Assembly (NCBI GenBank): GCA_000002445.1 | Contig: CH464491.1 | Location: 4,192,001-4,256,000 of the forward strand | DNA from: Trypanosoma brucei | Taxonomy: Eukaryota | Reading direction: 5' to 3' | Length of the DNA stretch: 64,000 bases | Part shown: one piece after another, positions 12,801-21,631 of the stretch | Position numbering within the stretch: the first letter of the stretch is position 1 | Layout of the letters: each line of letters opens with the position of its first letter | Notes under the pieces: model-generated | What the model was told of the DNA's origin: nothing | The model's input: the letters and a program-made list of their open reading frames with translations, nothing else | Databases searched by the model: none | Made by a program: the position numbers and the translations under genes

Positions 12801-13428
12801 CCATGCTTAACGGTACCTGGGCGGTTGAAAAGGGACCACGACTCGACCCTATGTCACCAACAAACCGCCTACTGATGGAAAGCAGACGCTCGTGTACATC
12901 ATCGAAAGAGCACAAGGGAGCCGCCCCCAAGGCAGAATAACACCTCCTTAAAACGCCTGCCAACTCCGTCATGCCACAAACAAGGTTACCTCTGGCGTTA
13001 TTCAAGCTGGCCCCGTTATCCGCTGCGGGGAATGTATCCCTACTCACGAGTTCCTCCAGTGCAGGGTCCACTGACGAGAAAGCCTTCTCAGAAGCATCGC
13101 GTAGAAGAGCAACCCACGGCAAATCAAATACAGCCACACCTTCCTTGAAGGTCGTTACAACGTGGCTGCTGCGCAATAACGCCCCGGCTAAGCCCAGTGG
13201 ATCCAAAGCTTCCCCGAGTCGCTTTACCAGTGCTTCTACATACCCGTCCAGTGGGTTCACTAGAGGATCTTGGATGGGTGATTTAGGGCAAACAGACCCT
13301 TTAAACGCTGGCATTCCGTCCATGTCATACTGAACACAACCGGAGGCATGTGGCGCAACGTCTGATCCCTCATCTGCGGTGGTCGTGTCACCTGATGGCG
13401 CTTCGGAAGCGAACCCCCCCGACCGCAT
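9874..13428 (-). CDS. Ubiquitin carboxyl-terminal hydrolase (USP/UBP family deubiquitinase), 1184 aa
   Basis: Cys box GLTNVGNTCYMNSALQCL and His box YGHYTAARF...WFCCDDSSV sit at the expected spacing of the C19 peptidase family, within a long N-terminal extension. Confidence 0.85.
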   Translation of the reverse strand: MRSGGFASEAPSGDTTTADEGSDVAPHASGCVQYDMDGMPAFKGSVCPKSPIQDPLVNPLDGYVEALVKRLGEALDPLGLAGALLRSSHVVTTFKEGVAVFDLPWVALLRDASEKAFSSVDPALEELVSRDTFPAADNGASLNNARGNLVCGMTELAGVLRRCYSALGAAPLCSFDDVHERLLSISRRFVGDIGSSRGPFSTAQVPLSMEELKALLLQDVNRWGLSTFPYLVFAVSSRHPLQLVWNDATVDKAELAFHVYYMVARINRWEEETGSGRGILFPVEWMDELLRWLTDRDEVPLLPLRCPSQSLTPVSQMDYSPVPCAPGPFDISRVLRVTAEDPSKHMVQYDDGGVDVIPEDLFDYLWSLFGGGAKYIVMGKFRNKSKIMELLKPKRVSIAVTFEGSDREGQLRVDSLLLDDVLPRASLSEVSRRAIGELLDKHQYGWENGMELFGLTRPDNVIEMCVTHVHGKELQASRLVEVVDGKTVEDLLGDFRSSTEVVTDHCGPVLRVSLLVRHPAGLTSPAGPGFCGLTNVGNTCYMNSALQCLLSLGAVCRLLFSLRLSEYANLSITREFVNLLRDMLAGRRVAKTLPLKTAIGSVERRFNTYEQQDAVEFIEVLLDRIHEEMNHVYGKRYRERLDTDKDIPKSKLANCFWEDAKANNQSFVPQLFSHQSVHFFVCCNCKGTSTVFDNGSTLVATIAPPTRRVFDVDVLLPGELVRRVQVKVACGSDDRVRASDIEKEIWERLHSTNTDFFSSMATSVGCPEAQAPLKGKGQDNKQSLGDYRAVLCADSHTCFSDGGHVLHAAVLWRGAGLGAGEKRVLPTGPSLANRNSTEEFAEAQPMCNEFQQQREMKDQCVYIWYFLQPQGSSSPRDALLCHVECSSVDALGDRKSSLAYIIERSVNLGDHFLSWKLGCVDQCTSLEQDGGENKHLQRGPKKNLRVWFCSTMGDNGYYLNLEDTGDGRDWIDSGDLPLTLSMDSRVVIQYDDQMMQLSDAIRVTNFHSVGSSPFPGEPTFYSCNGTNKEAVDVHECLKSTFSSDILTGENSLNCSKCGGFCDGRVERRLFRLPPCLIISLKRFKLDIRGVTKDTAFVRFSEELDMKQFMDEESPEKHTKYKLVGVVFHRGGLSYGHYTAARFSKATKQWFCCDDSSVMVRDKGPWAWPAAGDAYILCYEQLVEG

Positions 13429-13853
13429 CGACGAAACGTCACTCGACAGTCTGAAGCAGCCGCGGGGAGATGTGAACCGTAGAAACGGTAGTATATGATG
13501 CCTGCAAATCTACCTACGACCGCCCTGCCTGTTTGGTAGGTTCAGAGTCGGGAAGTGCTTGAATATTATGGGACCTCTTCCCTGTAGTGGTGACTCTGGT
13601 CGTATGAAAAATTATTGGATGAAAGAGTTTCAGAAAGGCAGCAGAGCAGCGGTTAATGCACAAGGAAACGTGTTGTGAGATATTAGGGAGAGCAGTAGCT
13701 TTCACAACCAGGCTGAGGCACGAAATGAAGCAGGGCGGTCTGCCCTATTCGCGTCCGTGTGTGAAGAGACATAGCCCACGAGGAAAGGTATTTGGTACCG
13801 ATACCATACTAAAATCGGTCCCTTCACATCTCACAGCTCTTCGAATAATGATT

Positions 13854-16007
13854 TCAGTCCGTTGCACGGCCCGACTTCCTTTTAGCCATACGGTACAAAT
13901 CCTGAGTAGTGGTGGGCAAAATATCATCCTCACTCCAGACTCCACCACCTAACTGTCGGACCACAAAAAGGACGACAAGCAGCCCAACCATTAGAATCAT
14001 CAGTGCAGTGACGGTGTCTGATGATGTACGCGTTCCTATCACGAATCCGTATATTCCACCCTCCGTCACGACGATAATGTCATTGATACCGTCCCCATTG
14101 AAATCCTGCACGATTACGGGAGCCACCGCTGGTTCCTCCAGCTCCACTACTCGCATAACACGCCCCGTCCTGGAACTCAGTATGGTCAGCTTCCGCTCGC
14201 CTACAGCAACAATGTACGGGTCCACCCGAAGATACCGTCCAGGCCCCCCTACGTGACCAACGGTGTCCTCATTAACTTGGTAAAAATTGTACGAAGCAAG
14301 ATGTGGGAAAGGGAACGTACGTTGCTTGTGCTCTGTCTCAGAGGAGGCTGCTTCCCCTACATCTGCCTCACGTTCACTGCGAAGCCTCCAGAAGGATGAC
14401 TCGGTTTGTGAACGCCAAACAACTCGACGTCGCGATGGATCTACGCATGTGACCAACCCTGAATCGGTCATAAAGACTGCAAGCCGTTCAACTTGAAACA
14501 AACCTCTCCCTCTCAACGTGTGTAGTTGCACCACAAGTGGAGTAACGCTCTTTGTAGTATGCGAGAGGGTGTTGTGGCTCCCAACAAGCTCGAGGGCGCT
14601 CAGGACCTCTGGAGTGCCCTCTCCGCGCGTGTCGCCATCAATGAAGCGGTGAATTAGTTCCAAACGGCCAAAAATCCCCTCGGTGTTGCAGATTGACGTC
14701 TGGAACAGTGAGTGATCGGCCGCAGGTGCACCTGTTGAAATGACACCGAGACAGTCGAGGGTAACGTCCACATCAAAGTGCGAATGCTTCTCCATCCGCC
14801 GACCTATGAGGGTGCTGACAGCGTCGATCTCGAAGTCGTCGTTGATATCATGATAGTAAACACCAGCAGACTTGAGCGGCGCCACGCGCGTAATCAAGTT
14901 TCCGGTGTATAGATGTACCACTTCTATTCCATGTTCTCCATGAAAAGCCAATACGTTGGCGGACTTGCGCTCCTTTTCCCCATGAGAACTCCCTTTTTTT
15001 TGAGGTTTACTCACAAGGCCGAGTCTCTCCGCCAGTTCGCCGTAGTCTTCACTGTTCATTCGAACAAAGCGATCCTTGTATTTCACTACAACTGTGTTTC
15101 CAGCTTGTGCCTTAGTTTTCTTTCTGTTTTTCGTGTGGAAAAACACGTGCGGACGGAGGCACTCATCCCAGGGATGAGAATAACGGTGGGGAAGAAGTGT
15201 CGAAACGGCCTCACGGTAAAATGTCCACGGTTTTTCGTACAATCTAAAAGATTCAGTGGCCTGGGAACTCACCACCACGGAGGCACCGGACGGTGAGCTG
15301 CCTCCCACCCCAACGGCATCCTCCGGGTCCAGCACTTCTCGAACTGAACTCTCCGCGTCGGAAGTGTAACGCCACCTCAGCTTGCCATCCGCACCATTAA
15401 ACGCTGCGAACAGCATCAATTTTGTGTGATTCGGTCCCGGGACTTGGGTGGCAATCACGACGGTTCCCTCGTCTCCTTCGTAAATGCGTTCACTGAGAAC
15501 ACTGACAGACGTATGGAAAGACTCCGACAGCACATTATGGATTGGTACACTCCATACTTCGGAAAAATCGTGGGGCGACAAACGGTACAAAAGAAAGTCA
15601 CTCGTAACCACAAAAATCGCATAATCCTCACCCACGGCGAGTCTTCCGGCTCCGATTGCTGTAATTCGCGAAAAGAACGACCTCTGATACATAGAGACGG
15701 GAGTTGCATACGTTTCAGCTGCCCCACTCGTTGAGTGGGTCTTGAACATTTCAAGAGACCCGTACGAAGTGGTTGCGATGAGGACTGGTCGACCATCACC
15801 CATAGGGTCAAGGACAACGGGTTTTGGAATCATGTACCGCTGCGACTCCAGGTCGGTAATTGGTATCTCAAAGCCCTTCCATACGGCCAGTCCATCTTCT
15901 TGATGCCACCCAAATATGCAAAAGATAATCGCGACACCCACAATGAAAACATCACGAAGTCGCATAGTGACCGACTGTAAAAACAGCCACAGCGCACTGC
16001 CAGACAA
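13854..16007 (-). CDS. FG-GAP/VCBS-repeat type I membrane protein (717 aa), function unknown
   Basis: Hydrophobic N-terminal signal/anchor (FIVGVAIIFCIFGW). FG-GAP-like motif VIVQDFNGDGINDIIVVTEGG near the C-terminus, followed by a hydrophobic transmembrane stretch (LMILMVGLLVVLFVV) and a short basic tail. Confidence 0.6.
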   Translation of the reverse strand: MSGSALWLFLQSVTMRLRDVFIVGVAIIFCIFGWHQEDGLAVWKGFEIPITDLESQRYMIPKPVVLDPMGDGRPVLIATTSYGSLEMFKTHSTSGAAETYATPVSMYQRSFFSRITAIGAGRLAVGEDYAIFVVTSDFLLYRLSPHDFSEVWSVPIHNVLSESFHTSVSVLSERIYEGDEGTVVIATQVPGPNHTKLMLFAAFNGADGKLRWRYTSDAESSVREVLDPEDAVGVGGSSPSGASVVVSSQATESFRLYEKPWTFYREAVSTLLPHRYSHPWDECLRPHVFFHTKNRKKTKAQAGNTVVVKYKDRFVRMNSEDYGELAERLGLVSKPQKKGSSHGEKERKSANVLAFHGEHGIEVVHLYTGNLITRVAPLKSAGVYYHDINDDFEIDAVSTLIGRRMEKHSHFDVDVTLDCLGVISTGAPAADHSLFQTSICNTEGIFGRLELIHRFIDGDTRGEGTPEVLSALELVGSHNTLSHTTKSVTPLVVQLHTLRGRGLFQVERLAVFMTDSGLVTCVDPSRRRVVWRSQTESSFWRLRSEREADVGEAASSETEHKQRTFPFPHLASYNFYQVNEDTVGHVGGPGRYLRVDPYIVAVGERKLTILSSRTGRVMRVVELEEPAVAPVIVQDFNGDGINDIIVVTEGGIYGFVIGTRTSSDTVTALMILMVGLLVVLFVVRQLGGGVWSEDDILPTTTQDLYRMAKRKSGRATD

Positions 16008-16196
16008 CTTCCAGGGTTCGCTATGTGTTTTGACTCCCGTTCACCTAGCTAAAGTCTCAAAAGAGAAACAGAAAAAAGAAGGGTAGCTGCAACCTGGGAG
16101 GCGTTACCAGAGCAAACACGACCAAATAGAAACGTCACAGGGGTGCGAAAGAGTATTGAAATAGGGAATCTTCCAATATGAAAATTCCAATAGTGA

Positions 16197-16363
16197 CCTC
16201 CGATACGTATCTCGCCACATCGCCAGCGGAAAGTATCATGGTGCCTTAGCGATACCACCGCTGTACTGATGCTGCTTGGGTCACCAAAAATCTCACACCA
16301 CACTTTGGCCACCATTGTGGAAACTACCGCACAGAAAGGGGCTGGTTGGTGGGTGTTGAGCCA
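16197..16363. repeat. Direct repeat copy 1 (~167 bp)
   Basis: Nearly identical to 16590-16756 (about 4 mismatches), beginning cctccgatacgtatctcgccacatcgccagcggaaagtatcatggtgcc... The short ORFs 16049-16393 and 16439-16708 share an identical 40-aa translation only because they cross this repeat. Confidence 0.9.
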
Positions 16364-16589
16364 AATGAAAATGTCAGGAAACCGATAGAGCATTTCTCAT
16401 TCATGCACACAATGAGACACAAATTAAACAAATCTTGGTCAGCTTTTGAACCACATTGCACTTACAATGGTACAAGTACTGGGCCTTCGAACTGACCTTA
16501 AGGAACCATCAGGGTCACCGCCGGGAACTTTGTAGGCGAAAGGAACACGAAATAGAGGGGAAAAAACGCAAGGAAGACGAAAACAGCAA

Positions 16590-16756
16590 CCTCCGATACG
16601 TATCTCGCCACATCGCCAGCGGAAAGTATCATGGTGCCTTAGCGATACCACCGCTGTACTGATGCTGCTTGGGTCGCCAAAAATCTCACACCACACTTTG
16701 GCCACCATTGTGCAAGCTACCGCACAGAAAGGGGCTGGTTGGTGGGTGTTGAGGCA
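16590..16756. repeat. Direct repeat copy 2 (~167 bp), 393 bp downstream of copy 1
   Basis: Same sequence as copy 1 with a few substitutions (tcaccaaaaa vs tcgccaaaaa; gtggaaactacc vs gtgcaagctacc). Confidence 0.9.
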
Positions 16757-18332
16757 AAAAGAGGGAGCGGGGGGAGGAATTCAGCTCCGCGGCATCTCGT
16801 TCCGCGACCCGGCAGGTACAGGTTGGAGTTCCACAAAAGACATCACCCACGCACGCACACACTCAACACGTGCGATGCACGATCGCCGAAACGAACAAAG
16901 GTTCAGAAAATTTTCGTACTATGAAGCTGGGTGTTTTGCGACGGAAGAAAGGGTAGAGTGAAAAGGAAGGAAAACAACTTCAACGACCGAACACGAAAGC
17001 ATAAACAGATGTGAGCACCGGTGTCCATATGGTAAATGATTCACGTAGGCGAACTGCCGCGTCACCTACGGAAGAAGGCGAAGGCACAACAGTTTTGGTG
17101 TCACGTGACCTTGCACTAAGCACCTCGTAGGAAGGGTACAGCATCTACATCCCTTGCCTTCACAAACATGTGCGCAGTATGTGGGGGCACGATCCCCACG
17201 GTCCACGCACAGCACCGCCTAACACATAGACTCAATGACATTTCGAAAGTTACTCACCCCACACAGAGCTTCCTGAAGCGGAGGAAGGGAAACCTGTTGC
17301 CACGTGGTTTCGATAAGCAGACGCACAGGCTCTGCTTCTTGACCGCAAGTCTGGTCACCTTCCTCGTGCCCCAGTGAGTGGTGCAAAACAAGTCGGAAGG
17401 CATTTCCACAAGGTATCCACAACGCTTCTCGAAACTGAAGCGCCCACCGATGAAGATATGCAGTCAGCCTTTCACAAAAATCAAACCCGCTGATTGTCCC
17501 TGGCATCAGCAGGGATGCCAAAAGATGGAATACTTATATACCACTAACAACAAATTCCATGACTCTCCTTGCCCAAGTTTGGTACAGAAACAAAGGACCA
17601 GAAGATCACGCGGCATCAACGTGCGTTGTGCCTCCATTTCTTTCGATCATTCCCAACGAGGAAAAAGAGTGAGCGATGTAATGAGGATCGTAATAACAAG
17701 CACGTATAACACCAAACAACCGAGAAGGGTGACCAACATGAAGCAGTGCAACGAGGAAAAGTTCACAGAAATTGACCTTCCACGATACGCACGTGGGTGC
17801 GGCCCTTATTCAGGGAAGATAAAACAAAGATAGAGAAGGGAGCAAAGAGAGGAAAACTTAGTCCTACTGGGACCCACACACAGACACACACACGTACAGG
17901 TACAAAGGCAACGCCGCACTTCCAATATTCCCCACTGCATATTGGAAGAAATAATGGCAAGTAGCTCGACCCCACAGCAGCGTTATTTTTCTATACCTCT
18001 ATCAGACCTTAGTCACATACATCCCATTAACCAGACACGAACGCGCGGACGCGCTCCCACACGCCGCACCATCGGGAAGATGCAAGCTTCTCCAAACGAA
18101 AGTAGTAGTCAAGCAACCCCCTCCACCTCTCGCTGGCCCCATTAGCATTTTCCCCGTTTAGCTCCGTTGGTTTCACTTGGGGTTTCTATATGTGTCAATT
18201 TGTTGTGCAGATATCATCGAGTTATATTTATGGAACGAAACGGAAGGGGTGTTGGCAGCTAGGAAAAACAGCTACAAGCAGAAAACCAAACAACAGCAAT
18301 AGTATAACACTGGCAACCACATGTCATTGCGG

Positions 18333-20189
18333 TTAGAGTGTGGTGCCCTGGGGTCTTGTGTATATTGTGGCCAGCCCTATAACACGCACAGGGTCGGTTG
18401 TAAATTGCGAATTGTACAACTTGTGACCTCCCTCAACACCGCCACCTTTCTTTGCCACGGGAAAGGAAATGGGCTTCACTTCGGGGAGTGCCTGAAAACC
18501 GGACATGAGGCACTCGCTCACGGTCACCCAGAGAGGGCTCCTACGCTTAAGGGACGTCAAGAACGCTTGACGCTGCTTGCCGAGAACGGGGCGCCACTTG
18601 GAGTCAAGCATGAAGTGTGCCGACTTGCTTGACTTTGGAAATATGGAGAGAACTTCATCGGGGTTCACCAGGTCGTCTATGTTGTAGAACTCTTCATTCG
18701 TCCCACCACCTGAATCATCGTCATATTCTTCTATGGAGGCACTGCCAATAAGAACATAGTTATTGATATGCTTTTTCTCTATACCTACGCCCATTCGTTT
18801 CGCACCGAGAGGAGTCACCCAAATGGGACTAGACAACTTGTGCTTAAGTGCAAAGGCGCGCAACTTCGCTTCATCGCGGCGACCAACAAGCTTTCCATTG
18901 AGAACGGCTATCGAGCGGATAGCGGGAACAGCCAAGTGGGGCTCTGTCAAACATACGGCGTTGTAGTAACGACGCAACGTGGCGTCTTCGGCCAAAAACC
19001 CGCGGATGGGGACTGGTGAACGGCTAGCGCCCACAGTAATACTAAAAGAGCGTACAATGGAGCTCGCGTCGAGCTTGTGGTTCTTGGCATCCTCATCATG
19101 GGGCTCGGGAGGTTTGCGCACCGACTTACCTCTAAGCAACTGCACCTTATGATCACAGGCTTCAGCGAAAGCGGAGTACTTGGGCTTTTGTAACCCAAAA
19201 TCCCTGACGTTGACGAAGTGGTAAGGGTACCTAGGATCATTTACCGCCGCCATAGACTTCACGAGTACACGAGACCTCATCACTTCCCACCCATTCACAC
19301 CGTATATGAAGTACAGATCATACCCAAAAGCATCAGGATGATCCTCCTGCAGTTCCTTCAGCAGTTCCTTCTGCGCTTCCTTCGGGATGCTGGACAAGGA
19401 AACAACAAACCCGGTCATATTAGGGGCGAGTACACCCTCATTTTCACACCCTTTATTTACCTCAAGGTTCAGATGTTTGAGCTGCTTTTCGGCCACCCAC
19501 ATGGGTGAGGTGTAACCTCGAAGAATACCAACAGCCAAAAGGATGTCATGTGCGGGCTGACCAAGCCTCTTCCCGGTTGCAGCGTTCAGAGTTATGCCCC
19601 TTTGTGGCTCCCCTTTATACGGATCATCTAACTGCTCAGCACTGTACACTGAAACGGAACTCTGCTTTCGAATATCAATAACGTCCTTCCGGTTTACCTG
19701 CACACCCAGCTCGGAAGCAATATCGGTGTCTATGTACAATACACGATCAGACTCTTCTTCGTTCAGAAAGCGGCGAAGACGATCACCAGTGACAGATTTC
19801 CATTTCATTCTTGTGGAAAGAATACCCACACCAGACCCGAAGAAGGGCGGGTGTTCATCCATTATGCGCTTCTGCACACTTTTCGGTACCGAAGAAAATG
19901 GAATGACGCTCTTTACGTTCAAGTGTATTATGGTCGGAGCCTCCCCAGGAAGCACCACAGCGTTACATGAACGACGGGACTGTGCCAATGTCAACCAGTG
20001 CCTCTTCACGTAGTGTCTCTCCTTAGCGACAGAGCGAAGCGCGGCCTGACACGAAGGGGAGAAGGGCGCGTTCGTAACAGATGATAGCACACTTACCTCG
20101 GTATGGACAGTTGACAAGCGCTTTCGCTTTAATAACACTCCGGTAAGGTAAAATACACCACGCATATCTCGTGTGTCACCCTTCGTCAC
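18333..20189 (-). CDS. Hypothetical protein (618 aa) with internal repeated motifs
   Basis: Long PTU-strand ORF. Motif S-P-[MIL]-W-V recurs three times (SPMWVAEKQ, SSPIWVTPLG, RSPLWVTVSE). A paired motif S[VI]PK..QK...(D)EHP..FG recurs twice. This suggests internal duplication. No known domain recognised. Confidence 0.55.
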   Translation of the reverse strand: MTKGDTRDMRGVFYLTGVLLKRKRLSTVHTEVSVLSSVTNAPFSPSCQAALRSVAKERHYVKRHWLTLAQSRRSCNAVVLPGEAPTIIHLNVKSVIPFSSVPKSVQKRIMDEHPPFFGSGVGILSTRMKWKSVTGDRLRRFLNEEESDRVLYIDTDIASELGVQVNRKDVIDIRKQSSVSVYSAEQLDDPYKGEPQRGITLNAATGKRLGQPAHDILLAVGILRGYTSPMWVAEKQLKHLNLEVNKGCENEGVLAPNMTGFVVSLSSIPKEAQKELLKELQEDHPDAFGYDLYFIYGVNGWEVMRSRVLVKSMAAVNDPRYPYHFVNVRDFGLQKPKYSAFAEACDHKVQLLRGKSVRKPPEPHDEDAKNHKLDASSIVRSFSITVGASRSPVPIRGFLAEDATLRRYYNAVCLTEPHLAVPAIRSIAVLNGKLVGRRDEAKLRAFALKHKLSSPIWVTPLGAKRMGVGIEKKHINNYVLIGSASIEEYDDDSGGGTNEEFYNIDDLVNPDEVLSIFPKSSKSAHFMLDSKWRPVLGKQRQAFLTSLKRRSPLWVTVSECLMSGFQALPEVKPISFPVAKKGGGVEGGHKLYNSQFTTDPVRVIGLATIYTRPQGTTL

Positions 20190-20729
20190 GTATTGCCGGG
20201 GGAAACGCTAGAGCTATGCGCTAGCTAGTCACACACTTTCAGCTACTTGAACACCCACGCGTAGGGTTAGCCAAGATCCCAAGGAACAGCCCCACGAGAA
20301 ATCTACACCCCTAGAAGTAACAATAATGTGCAAGTCAAAAAAAGCGGAGAGAGAGAGTGAAAACATGTTTTAAAACAAAAAAAGCGAGAGTCTTTTCCTC
20401 AGGAAAAAAAAAACACCACTGTGCGACCACAGTGCTAAATTTTGACTTGTAAGGGAGTTTAAACTATCAGTGAGTATTACCAAGAATTCATCCCACTCTA
20501 GAGACCAACGTTTTCATCTCCTTCCACGCCTCTATCTGATCCTTTTCGGGAGATGTCGGGTTCCTTTTTGTTCTTTTCGAAGTAGAAAGTAAAAAATAGA
20601 CCGGTCTTTAAGGCCGCACTACGTTCCCCTCGTTTCATTTGAAAATCATCCGCTTTCCCCCAAAAAAAAATTAATACAGTTTCATATACTGTCCTTAAAG
20701 TAAGAAATCCCCAGCGTTCCCCATGCACA

Positions 20730-21191
20730 TTATGCCCTTTCATAAATTTGCTTGACGGAGTGGGACGTCCAGCTTACCAGCTCCTCCGCCTTGAACCAGA
20801 ACGCGATTTCGCGTTTGGCGCTTTCCACGCTGTCGGACCCATGGCACACATTGCGGCCAACATCCACGGCGAAGTCACCACGAATGGTGCCAGGGAGCGA
20901 GTCTGCGGGGTTCGTTGCGCCCAAAAGCACACGGCCGCCCTTTACAACACCGAGGCCCTCCCACACCATACCGACGATAGGGCCAGAGGAAAAGTACGAC
21001 ACAAGGCCACTGTAGAAGGGTTTCGATGCGAGATCAATGTAGTGCTGCTTGGCTTGTTCCTCAGTGGGCTGGAGAAGTTTGAGACCAACAAGTTTGTAGC
21101 CCTTGTTCTCGAAGCGCTTGATGATTTCTCCCACGAGATTACGCTGCACGCCATCGGGTTTGACTGCAATGAAGGTCCGCTCGCTGGGCAT
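20730..21191 (-). CDS. NDPK: Nucleoside diphosphate kinase (153 aa)
   Basis: Full-length NDK fold sequence with the active-site region [20 protein letters not shown] and the conserved GSDS/His context. 153 aa is the canonical length. From memory it matches the T. brucei NDPK closely. Confidence 0.95.
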   Translation of the reverse strand: MPSERTFIAVKPDGVQRNLVGEIIKRFENKGYKLVGLKLLQPTEEQAKQHYIDLASKPFYSGLVSYFSSGPIVGMVWEGLGVVKGGRVLLGATNPADSLPGTIRGDFAVDVGRNVCHGSDSVESAKREIAFWFKAEELVSWTSHSVKQIYERA

Positions 21192-21631
21192 GGCGCACTT
21201 AAAACTTACTTCGGAGAATAGTGTTGTTTGATAGCTCGACTTAAAGTTATAGAGGAGAGGAACGAAATTTTATTTTCAAAAAAGAATGTCACTGAAGCGC
21301 AGGCGGTCACGGTCGCATGAATATCCACTCTTGAAACCGACCAGCCCCTGGGGGAAACCCGCAAAAGAGGACGTATGCGTTGAAGGAAAAGGAAAGTCCT
21401 TCATGAGAGCACAGAGAAGGCTCCGATATCCAGAACGGCGACAACGACAACAAATGGCGTGGGCCCCCGTCCATTCGGAGTTGAAACCAGAGCAACCTTA
21501 ACGTCCCACAAGGATCCGCCCTTCTCACTACTTCAAGGCTTGTATTTGGATCTTGCCGAGTCTCTTCTCTATCCAGTGTCATGTACCTCTTCCTTGATTT
21601 ACCAACGGAAAAATTAAAGTCTATGGTGCTT

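Noticed and set aside
16049-16708. Two ORFs (114 aa, 89 aa) sharing an identical 40-aa segment, suggestive of a duplicated small gene
   Set aside because: The shared segment is simply the translation of the 167-bp direct repeat. Outside the repeat the ORFs are unrelated and Trp/Cys/Arg-rich. Reported as a DNA repeat instead.
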